A stretch of DNA of 64,000 nt from Patescibacteria group bacterium (GCA_050953885.1 JBMNNJ010000001.1:143437-207436), one strand, 5' to 3'; counted from the stretch's first letter, positions 1-10,381 are shown. A program made the numbers and translations. Notes: generated by a model from the letters alone, not told the origin.

Positions 1-300
1 TGAAAGGAGTCAGGATGACAGAAAAGCGTCAGAATGATGGTTGGGGGAGGCATCAGGATGACGATAGTCGTGCCGTCATTCCGGACTTGATCCGGAATCT
101 GTGTTATTGTCAGAAAACGCAGATCCTGACTTTCGTCAGGATGACGGTGAGAGAAATTAGGATGACGGTTATGGGAAGCATTAGGATGACGATAGCCGTG
201 CCGTCATTCCGGACTTGATCCGGAATCTGTGTTATTGCCAGAAAACGCAGATCCTGACTTTCGTCAGGATGACAGAAAAACGTCAGAATGACGGCGGGAG
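1..300. repeat. Two tandem copies of composite hairpin repeat family A (unit ~140 bp: gtcattccggacttgatccggaatctgtgttattgccagaaaacgcagatcctgactttcgtcaggatgac)
   Basis: Direct tandem duplication visible in the sequence. The same modules recur at more than 14 other loci. ORFs 15..218 and 215..520 are translations of these repeats. Confidence 0.85.
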
Positions 301-303
301 GAA

Positions 304-1539
304 TCAGGAATCTGCTTTTGCCAAAATAGAAACAACAAATTTTTGGTTTAAGAAAAAGCGCAAAATTTCTCCCAAAAGAAGGCTGGCGGCTCCTCCCAAG
401 ATACCAAACTTTTGCGACAAGATAATTGCCAAGAGAAAAACAAAAATAAAATGGCCCACGGCCCAAGGCAAAAACTGCTTGACGCGGGATGAATTTTCAA
501 TAATGTTGGCGGCAAGATAATTAAAAAACAAAAGAGGAAAGATAAGACCCAAAATTTTTAAGGAAGGCACCGCCGGCAGATAACGCTCTCCATAAACTAA
601 ATTAATAAAGAAATTACCGCCAAAAAGGAAAAAAACCAAAGGGATAAGGCCTAAGGCAATCACCAAGGCTCCCGCCCGAAGATAAATTTTGCCCAGTTTT
701 TTCTTATCGGTAAGCAGGAGACGGGAAAAAGCGGGGGCAAGAGCTAAAGAAATGGCTTGGGGGATTAAAACCCCGGCTTCTAAAAATTTGGAGATAGAGC
801 CATAAATGCCGGCCCAGTAATCGCCCATAGTTTGGCCAATGGTAATTAAAGGAATGCGCAGATAAAAATTGCCCATAATTACCAGAAGAGCAAAGAAGCG
901 GCATTCTTTCCAAACCAAAAGAGCCGTTTTTTTCTCAAATTTAGGCTTGAGGGGCAAATTTAATTTTTTTGCCCGAACAAGGAGACCCAAAACCGTTAAA
1001 AGCAAGGCCGCCAGATAGCTAACAAAAAGCCAAGGAACCCCTAAGCCACGTCGCACCGCCGCTATACCCAAGACGGCTCCTGATAATGAAAAGAAAATAT
1101 TTGCCCAGACACCGCTAAGCACCTCTTCGCGGGCGTTTTGGAAAGAAATAATGAGGTGGAAAATGTTTTGAGGGAAAAAAAGAAGCGAGAAGATAATTAA
1201 AGAGATTAGTTTTTCTCCCGAAAGGCCCATTAAGAAACCAAGAATAATAACTAAAAACAAAGTTAAAAATGCCAATATTGTCTTTAAACCCAAAAGATGG
1301 CGGAAATAATCTTCGGCTTTATCCAAATGGCGGGGTAGGTTTTTCAAAATGTAGCGTTCGATACCAAAGTCGGCCACGGGCAAAAAATTATAAACAAAAC
1401 CCAGCACCCAAGCGTAAATACCAAAATTTTCAACGCTAAGAGTGCGCGCTAAAAAAATAAAGTAAAAAAAGCCAATAAGCCGGCTTATCACTTGTCCCAA
1501 AAGCAGGTAAAAACCGTTTTTAGCAATTTTCTTCTCCAT
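304..1539 (-). CDS. Polysaccharide biosynthesis / oligosaccharide flippase (Wzx, MOP superfamily) membrane protein
   Basis: 411 aa with more than 10 predicted TM helices. Typical Wzx N-terminus (LLGQVISRLIGFFYFIFLAR). Sits in a glycan locus. Confidence 0.65.
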   Translation of the reverse strand: MEKKIAKNGFYLLLGQVISRLIGFFYFIFLARTLSVENFGIYAWVLGFVYNFLPVADFGIERYILKNLPRHLDKAEDYFRHLLGLKTILAFLTLFLVIILGFLMGLSGEKLISLIIFSLLFFPQNIFHLIISFQNAREEVLSGVWANIFFSLSGAVLGIAAVRRGLGVPWLFVSYLAALLLTVLGLLVRAKKLNLPLKPKFEKKTALLVWKECRFFALLVIMGNFYLRIPLITIGQTMGDYWAGIYGSISKFLEAGVLIPQAISLALAPAFSRLLLTDKKKLGKIYLRAGALVIALGLIPLVFFLFGGNFFINLVYGERYLPAVPSLKILGLIFPLLFFNYLAANIIENSSRVKQFLPWAVGHFIFVFLLAIILSQKFGILGGAASLLLGEILRFFLNQKFVVSILAKADS

Positions 1540-1886
1540 TAGATTTAATAATAGCAGAAAAAAATGAGGCGGTTAAATTTTACTCAGGCGTTAACCCTGG
1601 CATGGAAATTCTTGTTTGGCAAAATTGTTCTTGGAAAAATCAGCTGCCGTTTTAAGCAAAGAAGAGCTGGGTGATTTGGCCAAGCTTTTGGAGGGTTTTG
1701 AACAAAAGCTTACTTTAGAAAGTCGGGGAAAATATTGGGCCAAAGTGGCCCTTGACCAATATAAAAAGCTGATGCGATCAAGCCAGGGGAAAAAAAGTAA
1801 TGGATAACGCGTAACCAGTAACTCGTAACAATTAATAAGGAAATCACTTCGCAGGGGTAATATTTTTTCGTGCTACTATAAAATAA

Positions 1887-3524
1887 ATGGACAAAAAAAA
1901 GCTCCCTTTTTTAGTTCTGGTTATCTTTTTCGGCCTTTTCCTCTTTCAGACAATTGCCAATATCACCAGCATTCCCTTTGCCGATTATGACGAAGCCCAT
2001 CGTGCCGAAGGGGCGCGCAATATGCGGCAGGAAGGCTTCTATCTTTTTCCCCTTGTCGGCAGTCCTTATTATCAACAATCTTCTTTTTCTCTTTCTTATT
2101 CTCTTGACCAAACCAAAACTCTTTACGGCCAAACAAGCCGCCCCCCTTTGGTTTTTAATTTAATGGCCATTTCTTCCGGATTTTTTGGTGATGTTGAATG
2201 GGCCTATCGTTTGCCAAGCTTAATTTTTGGCATCGCTTCTTTTGGCGCCATTATCATTGCCGCTTACTTTTTGGCCAAGAAAAAACCTAATTTTTTTGCT
2301 CTGGCGGTAGCTCTTTTGGCGGCCTTTACCTCTTACGATTGGTGGCTTTCCTCGCAAATGGCTCATTTGGACACGGCCATTTCTCTTTTCACCGCCTTGG
2401 CTGTTTTTTTGCTTATCATTTTTGCCCAAGAAAAAAATAAAATCTTTTTATTTTTAAGCGGCTTTTTTTTAGCCTTGGCGATTCTTTCTAAAGGCCAGCC
2501 GGTGGTGATTTTTCTTTTTCCGTTAGTTTATCTTTTTTTCACCCGAAAGATAAACTTTAAAGAAGCGCTTCTTCTTGGCTTAACTGCCTTTTTGGTTCTT
2601 TTTCCCTGGATAGCCGCTTTTGACGCCACCCTTGGCTTTGGTTCCTGGTTTAAAACCTATTTTGAGGGTTATTTAAGCGCCCCTTCCGCCACCAAAATTG
2701 GCGGCGGCGACCCCACCCAGGCGGCACCAATTTTTTGGTATTTAAGATGGTGGTTTGACACATTGCGGCCGGGAGTTTTTTTGTTTGGAGCTTTTTTCTT
2801 GCTTGACTTAATCCAGAAAAGGCTTTCTTGGCAAAAAACTGCCCTGCTTTTTTATATTTTCGGCGGTTTTGGCTTTTTTTCTTATGCTAAAAGCAAGGTC
2901 TGGTGGTATGTTTTGCCGGTTTTGCCGGCGCTTGCCGTTTATCTTTATCTGGCGATCGCCGATTACCTAAAAGAGAGGAAGAACGGTTTAGTTAATCTTT
3001 CTTTAGCCCTTATTGTTGCCTCCTTGCCTCTTTTTCTTTGGCAAACCAACACCATTTCTTTAGCCTATGGCCTGATCACCACTTTAATTGTTTTCTTAAT
3101 CTTAAAACTGCCCCTTGCCAATTACTTGTCGCGTATTACCGATTACCGGTTTCCTGTTGCCAGTTACGTATTACGTATCACTCATTACTTTCTCTTCCCC
3201 CTTTCTTTCTTGCTGGGTCTTACTTTTTTCTTTTTCCGCTTTCCTGCTCCTCAGCCAATCCACTCTGAAACCAAAGATGTTGGCCAATTTTTCCAAAGCC
3301 TTTCCTATCCTAAGTGCTTATGGACAGAAGAGGATTTCCCCTATGAGGCGATTCTTTATTATTCCCGGGTGGGGGAATTAGACTATTTTGGCGAGGATAA
3401 ATCCCTAAAGTCGGATTGTCAAAACTATCTTGTCGCCAGCAAACCCCTCGAGGGCCAAAAAATTATTTATCAAAATGGCCCGGTAAGGTTGTATAAAATG
3501 GATAACGCCTCTTATTTGGACTAG
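1887..3524 (+). CDS. GT-C family membrane glycosyltransferase (ArnT/PMT_2-like, GT39/GT83-type)
   Basis: 545 aa polytopic protein. N-terminal loop DYDEAHRAEGARNM resembles the DE..Y/R..A..M motif of ArnT/PMT enzymes. Confidence 0.55.
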   Translation: MDKKKLPFLVLVIFFGLFLFQTIANITSIPFADYDEAHRAEGARNMRQEGFYLFPLVGSPYYQQSSFSLSYSLDQTKTLYGQTSRPPLVFNLMAISSGFFGDVEWAYRLPSLIFGIASFGAIIIAAYFLAKKKPNFFALAVALLAAFTSYDWWLSSQMAHLDTAISLFTALAVFLLIIFAQEKNKIFLFLSGFFLALAILSKGQPVVIFLFPLVYLFFTRKINFKEALLLGLTAFLVLFPWIAAFDATLGFGSWFKTYFEGYLSAPSATKIGGGDPTQAAPIFWYLRWWFDTLRPGVFLFGAFFLLDLIQKRLSWQKTALLFYIFGGFGFFSYAKSKVWWYVLPVLPALAVYLYLAIADYLKERKNGLVNLSLALIVASLPLFLWQTNTISLAYGLITTLIVFLILKLPLANYLSRITDYRFPVASYVLRITHYFLFPLSFLLGLTFFFFRFPAPQPIHSETKDVGQFFQSLSYPKCLWTEEDFPYEAILYYSRVGELDYFGEDKSLKSDCQNYLVASKPLEGQKIIYQNGPVRLYKMDNASYLD

Positions 3525-3959
3525 TGCAATTTAACCGCGCGCCAAGCTTTATTTGAAATAAATATTGGAGTAGCGGAGTTTCCACCAGAGGCGGACAAGT
3601 ACTCCACGCCAATTTCTGGCGCAAACTAAAGTTTGCTACTCCAAAAAACACTGGATTAGCGGACTTAGCGTCCGCGCTCATCCCCCAAACTGTTGGCAAT
3701 AAACTCTAAGCACTGTTCCAACAGTTCTTTGGTATTATAGAAGACAATGATAACGGAATAGAATCATCGTTTTTTTAAGGCTTCTCCGCAAACAGCGCAA
3801 TAATAGTTTTCCTCTGTTATTTTGGGAAGAGCAGTTTCGGAGCCTGCGCCTACACCCCTAGAACCTTTAAGATAAGTAAATGCGGTAATAAATCTTCTCT
3901 TAAATTTTTTCTGTCTTTACTATTTTCTCTGGTAATGGATTTTAGGTTGTTAATTAGCA

Positions 3960-4575
3960 TTTTTTATATTGTTAATAACAACTTTTGAAATTGCCTCTTT
4001 TTTTCATATCCACAAAACAAATCTTCTTTTATATTTTTATAAACAAAACTCCCAAACCGTTTTTGTATTTCCGTGTTGATTTTCTCGTAATACTGGTCAG
4101 GGAGTGAATCATTTTGGGAATTAGTTATATTTTGCCAGCATATATTCAAGCGATAAAATGGGAGGGCTGGCGCAGATGGTTGGCTAAATATTCTTTATAA
4201 TTAGTGGGGTTTTTCCGGATTATTAATGTAGGGTTGAAAAACATACCAGCCCATTTTCAAATTAACTAAACAACCAGCATTAAGCAGTTTTTGAATCTTT
4301 TTATTGAGGTTATCACCCGTTTTACCAATAAGAATTTGGGCGGTTTTTTTTGTTAAACAACGCCAATTTTTCTAGGTTCTCTTGAGATTTTATTCCAGAT
4401 ATGCCATACATTATATCCCAATAATGAAATAAAAATGGTAAAAAGTCAAATTTTTGCAGATTTTTTCTGGCGCCATCAGTTGAATTACTATCAACAATAA
4501 TTATTTCATAGAAAAACGGTTTAGTGTTATTTGGGGTAGCGGACTTTAGCCCATGCCTTTTTTCTCTCGTCATCC
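3960..4575 (-). pseudogene. Decayed GT2-like glycosyltransferase remnant (fragments 4322..4573 and 3964..4149)
   Basis: The 83-aa ORF contains FYEIIIVDSNSTDGA, a GT2 N-terminal DxD-region signature, then runs into stops and frame changes. No intact gene in 1.1 kb. Confidence 0.35.
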
Positions 4576-4680
4576 TGACGAAAGTCAGAATCTGGCCACA
4601 ATTACAAATGACTAATTACCAATTACCAATTACTTATTACTTATTACCTATTACTTATTATCAATTATGCTAAAATCTAA
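4557..4680. repeat. Single family-A hairpin (catcctgacgaaagtcagaatc) followed by a degenerate TTACYWA heptamer array
   Basis: Sequence identity to the H1 module. The heptamer array is the reverse complement of the GTAACT minisatellite seen at 24055. Confidence 0.6.
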
Positions 4681-4685
4681 AAGCA

Positions 4686-5612
4686 ATGACTACCAAGCCC
4701 TATTTTTCCTTTATCGTGCCGGTTTATAACGAGCAAGACAATATTGTTCCGCTTCATAAAGAAATTGTTGCTGTTGCCAAAACCTTAAAAAAACCTTTTG
4801 AGATTATTTTTGTTGACGACGGCTCAAGCGATAAAACCTTAGAAAACTTAAAAAAGCTAACGCCAATTAAAATTTTGGTTTTGCGTAAAAACTCCGGCCA
4901 ATCGGCGGCTTTGGATGCCGGCATTAAGGCTTCGCAGGGAGAAATTCTAATAACAATGGACGGCGACGGTCAAAACGATCCGGCTGATGTGCCCAAGATG
5001 CTTGCCAAGCTTAATGGCTTTGACGCTGTTTGCGGCTGGCGCTATAAGCGCCAAGACCCTTTTTCCAAGCGCTTTATTTCCCGAGGCGCCCGTTTCCTAC
5101 GTTCTTTTTTGGTGGCCGATAAGGTTCATGATTCCGGCTGTACTTTGCGGGTTTGCAAAAGAGAGTGTTTTGAGGATTTGGATTTATACGGGGAGATGCA
5201 CCGAATGATTCCCGCCCTTTTGGTTTGGAACGGTTTTCGCTTAACCGAGGTAAAAGTAAATCATCGCCCCCGCACCAAAGGCAAAACTAAATATTCTTGG
5301 AAAAGAACCTTTAAGGGTTTTTTGGATATGCTTGATGTTTGGTTTTGGCGAAAATACCAATCGCGCCCCTTGCATCTTTTTGGCGGCGTCGGTTTAATTT
5401 TAATCTTTTTCTCTTTCCTCTTCGGCTTGTCTTTGATAATAAGAAGGGCTTTTTTTGGCTATTCCTTGGCCGACAAAATTTGGCCGCTGGTGGCGGTGAC
5501 CGGTTTTATCACCGGTATTCAGCTTTTAATCTTCGGCCTTCTGGCTAACCTGATTATTAAAACAGAAAAAAAGCATCATTTTTATCGTATTAAAGAGATT
5601 ATTAAAAAATGA
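4686..5612 (+). CDS. GT2 polyprenyl-phosphate glycosyltransferase (ArnC/GtrB/DPM1-like) with C-terminal TM anchor
   Basis: [27 protein letters not shown] and MDGDGQNDP motifs. Two C-terminal TM helices. Confidence 0.8.
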   Translation: MTTKPYFSFIVPVYNEQDNIVPLHKEIVAVAKTLKKPFEIIFVDDGSSDKTLENLKKLTPIKILVLRKNSGQSAALDAGIKASQGEILITMDGDGQNDPADVPKMLAKLNGFDAVCGWRYKRQDPFSKRFISRGARFLRSFLVADKVHDSGCTLRVCKRECFEDLDLYGEMHRMIPALLVWNGFRLTEVKVNHRPRTKGKTKYSWKRTFKGFLDMLDVWFWRKYQSRPLHLFGGVGLILIFFSFLFGLSLIIRRAFFGYSLADKIWPLVAVTGFITGIQLLIFGLLANLIIKTEKKHHFYRIKEIIKK

Positions 5613-6299
5613 AGTTTTTAGTTACCGGAAATGCCGGCTTTATCGGCTTTCATCTTACCAAGCGTCTTCTCGAGGAAGGCCAAGAAGTAGTGGGGGTGGA
5701 TAATTTAAATTCCTACTACGACCCGCAATTAAAAAAATCCCCTTCAGCGAGATGATGAAGATTAACAAGCCGATTTCCTTATACGCCGCCACCAAAACCG
5801 CCAACGAGCTTTATGCTCATATTTACCATCATCTTTATGGTTTTAATGCCATTGGCTTAAGGTTTTTTCCCGTTTATGACCCTTGGGCCGACCGGATATG
5901 ACCCTTTTTTTATTTACCAAAGCAATTTTAGAAGATAAGCCAATCAAAGTTTTTAACCAGGGCCAAATGAAGCGCGATTTTACCTATATCGACGATATTG
6001 TTGATGGGATAATGGCCTCTTTGAATAAAGTATCCGAACTTGGTTATGAAGTTTTTAACTTGGGTTGCGCCGACTCGGTTAATCTATTAGACTTTATTAA
6101 AACCATTGAGAAAAGCTTGGGCAAAAGAGCCAAAAAAGAATTTTTACCCCTTCAGCCCGGCGATGTGCCGGCCACCTTTGCCGATGTTTCCAAAGCCAAA
6201 AAACTCTTAGGCTATCAGCCTAAAGTTAAAGTTGAAGAAGGGGTAAGGAAGTTTGTTAACTGGTATCGACAGTATTACCAGGGGGCAGAGGGGAAATAA
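5609..6299 (+). pseudogene. NAD-dependent sugar epimerase (UDP-glucuronate 4-epimerase/CapI-like) pseudogene
   Basis: N-terminus [43 protein letters not shown] (Rossmann GxxGxxG). It jumps directly to [23 protein letters not shown] (YxxxK), so about 100 codons are missing. A later 1-nt loss (tgggg to tggg) shifts the frame before GRPDMTLFLFTKAILE. Three frame fragments in total. Confidence 0.8.
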
Positions 6300-6325
6300 T
6301 TCGTAACAGGTAACGGGTATCGCAG

Positions 6326-6357
6326 CCCCCGGAGTGGCGAAATTGCCCCTCCGGGGG
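6326..6357 (+). terminator. Perfect 9-bp stem hairpin (cccccggag ... ctccggggg) downstream of the epimerase pseudogene
   Basis: Inverted repeat seen directly. The downstream T-tract is weak (ttgttgc). Confidence 0.35.
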
Positions 6358-6405
6358 TTGTTGCTATATATGTCTTAGAAGTAAGGGAAGATTTTTAATT
6401 AACCC

Positions 6406-7110
6406 ATGAAAAAACTTTGGCAGGTTATTCTTGGCCTTTTGCTAGCGGCCTCTTTAGGGTTTAATTTTTATTTTCTTCGGGAAAAAGAAGCGCCTTTTCA
6501 GGATAAAGAAACCTTTAAGGTAGAAGAAGTGCTTGACGGCGACTCTTTTATTATCCCCCTTGACCAAACAATCCGTTTGGCAAACATCGACGCCCCGCCC
6601 CTGGAATTCTGTTTTGGCCGGGAGGCCAAGGAAGCTTTAGAAAAAATGATTTTAGGGAAAAATGTTAGAATTGAAAAAGTGGGCAAAGATAATTACAACC
6701 GCCTCCTTGCCTTGGTTTATTTAGATGATCAGTTTATTAATGAAATTTTACTAACAAACGGTTGGGCGAAATATGTTTCCGGAGGGAGCAATAATGAGAA
6801 GATAACAGATTTGCTTAAAGAAAAAGATCGGGAAGCAAAGGAGAATAAAAGAGGGGTTTGGAGCGAGGAATGTTACCAAAAAGAAAATCCGGTGGACCCC
6901 GCCTGCAACATTAAGGGCAATTTAGGCAAACACGAACACGGCGAGAAAAAAACTTATCATTATCCGGGTTGTTCGGAATATGAACGGACGGTGGTGGAGG
7001 CAGATTTAGGCGAGCGCTGGTTTTGCTCGGAAGAAGAAGCGATAAAGGCCGGTTTCACCAAATCGGAGCATTGCTTTAAAGAATACGAAAAGCCCGGTGG
7101 GAAGCAATAG
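6406..7110 (+). CDS. Secreted thermonuclease (SNase/staphylococcal nuclease-like) with Cys-containing C-terminal domain
   Basis: Signal/TM N-terminus. VLDGDSFII...IRLANIDAPP matches the SNase DGDT...R..GIDAPE core. The C-terminal CNIKGN...YHYPGC...WFCSEEEA module is common on secreted nucleases. Confidence 0.7.
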   Translation: MKKLWQVILGLLLAASLGFNFYFLREKEAPFQDKETFKVEEVLDGDSFIIPLDQTIRLANIDAPPLEFCFGREAKEALEKMILGKNVRIEKVGKDNYNRLLALVYLDDQFINEILLTNGWAKYVSGGSNNEKITDLLKEKDREAKENKRGVWSEECYQKENPVDPACNIKGNLGKHEHGEKKTYHYPGCSEYERTVVEADLGERWFCSEEEAIKAGFTKSEHCFKEYEKPGGKQ

Positions 7111-7230
7111 CGTTTTCCTTTTACCAGAGTTGCGGGTTAGCCGTTACGGGCCGCAAAATCGTGTTAAAATAAATTTATGAGCGCTCCCCAAAAACTGCCA
7201 AACCAGCTCAAACCTCTATTTTGATTCACC

Positions 7231-7675
7231 GACCCCGAAAGGCTGGATTTAAACAAAAATAAAGTTGATATTATTCACCAAGTTTTGGCCCTGGGATCGC
7301 TGGAAGATATCAAGCTTCTTTTTTCTCTTTATCCCCGCGAAGAAATTCGTCGGGTTTTCTTAAAAACCCCCCGCAATATTTATACCCCAAAAGGTTTTGA
7401 TTTTATTAAAAACTTTATTCTTAAGGAAAAAAAGCCTCTTTCTTTTAACCGTTATGCCAAAAATATACTTGGACCAGTCGCTCGACCTTGAAAGAAAAAA
7501 AACGCTTAAAATTCTCTCGCCACTTAAAAAGGAAGCTGTTTTGGGTGGGGGCACGGCTTTGGCTTTACAATTAGGCCACCGAAAATCTTTTGATTTTAAT
7601 CTTTTTTTAGACCGACCGATTAATAGCCCCTTTAAAAACAATGTTTTTAATCTCTTTGGAAATAACATTAATTAG
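7231..7675 (+). pseudogene. Truncated, frame-disrupted AbiEii-like nucleotidyltransferase remnant (N-terminal ~74 aa from ATG 7454) plus an upstream frame-shifted fragment
   Basis: MPKIYLDQSLDLERKKTLKILSPLKKEAVLGGGTALALQLGHRKSFDFNLF carries the GGTAL...R.S.D.D nucleotidyltransferase signature but stops after about 74 aa. The preceding ORF is in another frame. Confidence 0.45.
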
Positions 7676-7750
7676 AGGAGGGGCTGAAGAAAACAATAAA
7701 ATACTATCGCGAGACGCTTGAAGCGCTTGAGGCGTGATACATGTCTCAAA

Positions 7751-8473
7751 TTAACTAAATTTTTCAATTTCCTTAAGAAGCGGTTTGGGAAACTCTTTAA
7801 CTAAACCCCTCATACTGTAGGGCAAAAGGTGGGCAAGCTCTTTTTGAAAGTTTATTTGTTTTTTTTCTAAAAGCTCGGGAATGGGTAATAGTTTTTCCCT
7901 TAGCCCTGCCGGAATATAACCGCCTCTAAGTAAATAATAGATGTCAAAAAAATCCCGAGGCTTTGCCCTAGTCAACGCCGCTGATATTTTTTCTTCAATC
8001 AGAACCGTTTCTTCTAATAAATACACGGTGTAATTGGGAATAAAATCATTAACAATTAATACCACCTCTTTTTTAATATTTTTCTCTTTTCTTTGTGAGC
8101 CTTGGAAGGAGAGATTAACTCTTTCCTGGTGAATGCTTACCGCCAATTCGGCTAAATACCCTCCGGAAGTTTTCTTAGATTCAATAATTTGGGGTTGAAA
8201 ATTTTCTTTTTCCAGATCACCTAAGACTGAAAGAACCGTTTTTTCTATTTGGGGGAAAGTGATATCTTCTAAAGTAAAGTCCAAATCTTCGGAAAAACGA
8301 GGGCTTTGGTAGACAATTTTTAAGGCAGTGCCGCCTTTGAATAACATTTTTCGGCCATCTTTTTTCTGGTACAAGAAGCTTAAAAAAACATTTTGCGCAT
8401 ATTCGCGAAAAATGTTGTCGGGGGTGGTTTGATTTTTTCCCGCCAGCTTGAGCAAGTAATCTTTATTGAGCAT
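7751..8473 (-). CDS. AbiEii/AbiGii-family nucleotidyltransferase toxin (type IV TA)
   Basis: LFKGGTALKIVYQSPRFSEDLDF motif. 240 aa. Overlaps the upstream antitoxin gene by 11 nt. Confidence 0.65.
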   Translation of the reverse strand: MLNKDYLLKLAGKNQTTPDNIFREYAQNVFLSFLYQKKDGRKMLFKGGTALKIVYQSPRFSEDLDFTLEDITFPQIEKTVLSVLGDLEKENFQPQIIESKKTSGGYLAELAVSIHQERVNLSFQGSQRKEKNIKKEVVLIVNDFIPNYTVYLLEETVLIEEKISAALTRAKPRDFFDIYYLLRGGYIPAGLREKLLPIPELLEKKQINFQKELAHLLPYSMRGLVKEFPKPLLKEIEKFS

Positions 8474-9038
8474 ATTTTTTTACTAAATTTAATAATTTTT
8501 GGTTATTAAACATTTTGGCGTAGTCAACTAATTTTTCTTTTTTTATTTTCTTTAAATTAAGACGAGAGTTAATTTCTTTTTGTCCCAGGGCAACAAAATA
8601 TAAATAATCAGCCACGGCTTTTTCTACTTCGGCAATTAAGTAGTTTTCTTTTTTAAAATATCCCCCGAACGCTGTTTGTTTTATTTTTTGGTAACGATAT
8701 TCTTTTCCCTGGCAGATAAAACTTCTTGTGGGCTTTGGAGTAACAGAAATTATGGAATAAATTATTTCCGGGATAATACCATTTTGGGACAAAACAGTCT
8801 CCATACTGATATACGAGGGGTAATAGAGTTTGCCGGCCAGCTCGTAGCTATCGGGAGAATAATCTTTAAAGAAGTAATATCCCTTTTTGGGGTTAATAAC
8901 AAGATTTTTCTTTTTATATCTTTTAAGAATTGCCCGCGCGGCGTCGTAATTTAGGCCGCTAATTTCCTGAAAATCCTGCAAAGAAAAATAGTTAATCTTT
9001 TTGTTTTGGAATTTTTCTAAAATCTCTATGTACTTCAT
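8463..9038 (-). CDS. AbiEi-like antitoxin / transcriptional regulator (type IV TA partner)
   Basis: 191 aa, translationally coupled upstream of the AbiEii gene. The N-terminal region resembles wHTH AbiEi proteins. Confidence 0.55.
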   Translation of the reverse strand: MKYIEILEKFQNKKINYFSLQDFQEISGLNYDAARAILKRYKKKNLVINPKKGYYFFKDYSPDSYELAGKLYYPSYISMETVLSQNGIIPEIIYSIISVTPKPTRSFICQGKEYRYQKIKQTAFGGYFKKENYLIAEVEKAVADYLYFVALGQKEINSRLNLKKIKKEKLVDYAKMFNNQKLLNLVKKYAQ

Positions 9039-9180
9039 TTCAGTAAAGATACTCTTTTATATCTTTACTGAAATAGTACTTAAACTATTCCCTTTTGTCA
9101 AGCGGCTTATTTACTGCCTATCCGGCAGGCAGGTCAGCAAGGACGGATAAACAGTCCCGCGCCAGTATTCTTGTTATCGG

Positions 9181-9236
9181 CATGATTTCATGATTTAATG
9201 ATCTTGTGTTCTTGTGATTTAATGATTTAATGATCC
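9181..9236 (+). promoter_or_regulatory. Three direct copies of TGATTTAATGAT just upstream of the GT4 gene
   Basis: catgatttcatgatttaatgat...tgatttaatgatttaatgat seen directly. Position fits an operator or promoter element. Confidence 0.3.
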
Positions 9237-10381
9237 CTATGAAAATCTTAATGCTCAACTACGAATTCCCCCCCTTGGGCGGCGGGGCAGCTAACGCTAA
9301 CTATTATCTCTTGAAAGAATTTTCTAAAGATAAAGACTTAGAAATAGATGTTATCACCTCTTCTGTTGGCAGATTTGAAAAAAGCAAATTTTCTGAAAAC
9401 ATTAATCTTTATCGTTTAGATATAGGAAAAAATAAGGATAATCTTCATTATCAAACTAATAAAGATTTATTACTTTTTTCTCTAAAAGCTTTTAAAGAAT
9501 CTATAAAGTTAAATAAAAAGAATAATTACGATTTAATTCATGCCTGGTTTGGAATTCCCTGTGGTTTTATCGCAATGTTTCTTCACAAGCCGTTTTTGGT
9601 GGCCCTGAGGGGCTCTGATGTGCCATTTTATAACCCTAGATTTAGAGTAGTAGACAAATATTTTTTTAAATATTTAAGTAGAGTTATTTGGAAAAAATCG
9701 AGCTCCGTGGTAGCCAATTCAGAGGGCTTAAAAACATTGGCCAAAGAGACTTCTCCCAAGCAAAAAATAGCAGTCATTTACAATGGAGTTGATACTAATG
9801 AATTTTTGCCGGTAAACCGTAAAAAAGCAGGAAAAACTCTAAGGATAATTTTAGTGTCCAGATTAATAAAAAGAAAGGGAATAAATTATTTGCTTGACGC
9901 TTTAACCCAAATAAAGCAAGAAAATTTTCATTTGATGGTTATTGGCGATGGAAATCAAAGAGAGTATTTGGAAAAAATGGCCAAAGAAGCAGGCTTAGTT
10001 AATAAGGTTTCTTTCTTAGGATTGGTATCTCATAAAAGCATATCCCAATATTATTCTCAAAGCGACCTATTTATTTTGCCATCTTTAAATGAGGGTATGA
10101 GTAATACTGTTCTAGAAGCAATGGCTAGTGGTTTACCAATTATCACTACGAACGTTGGCGGATCAAAAGAACTAATTAAGGGCAACGGCTTTGTTGTTAA
10201 TCCCCGTTCCTCAGAAGAGATATTAGACGCAATTAGAAAATATCTTGCCGACCCAAGTCTTTTAACAAAACATGGCAAGGAATCAAGAAGAATAGCTGAA
10301 AGAATGAGTTGGGAAAACGTAGCCAAAGATTATAAAAATCTCTATAATTCGCTTTTAAAAAACATAAATGAAAGTAGATAA
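9230..10381 (+). CDS. GT4 glycosyltransferase
   Basis: EX7E-type C-terminal motif NEGMSNTVLEAMASGLPIITTNVGG. 383 aa. Confidence 0.85.
   Translation: MIPMKILMLNYEFPPLGGGAANANYYLLKEFSKDKDLEIDVITSSVGRFEKSKFSENINLYRLDIGKNKDNLHYQTNKDLLLFSLKAFKESIKLNKKNNYDLIHAWFGIPCGFIAMFLHKPFLVALRGSDVPFYNPRFRVVDKYFFKYLSRVIWKKSSSVVANSEGLKTLAKETSPKQKIAVIYNGVDTNEFLPVNRKKAGKTLRIILVSRLIKRKGINYLLDALTQIKQENFHLMVIGDGNQREYLEKMAKEAGLVNKVSFLGLVSHKSISQYYSQSDLFILPSLNEGMSNTVLEAMASGLPIITTNVGGSKELIKGNGFVVNPRSSEEILDAIRKYLADPSLLTKHGKESRRIAERMSWENVAKDYKNLYNSLLKNINESR

Noticed and set aside
15-520. ORFs 15..218, 215..520, 28477..28671, 43704..43943, 51052..51411 and 23957..24283
   Set aside because: They are translations of hairpin repeats, of the tRNA, or of the GTAACT minisatellite. 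The repeats happen to be open in two of three frames, and there is no independent coding signal.
1616-1807. 63-aa ORF between divergent flippase and GT-C genes
   Set aside because: It starts at TTG with no clear start context or motif. It may be a real small protein, but the evidence is insufficient.
8676-8954. 92-aa plus-strand ORF
   Set aside because: It lies entirely antisense within the AbiEi-like gene, so it is spurious.
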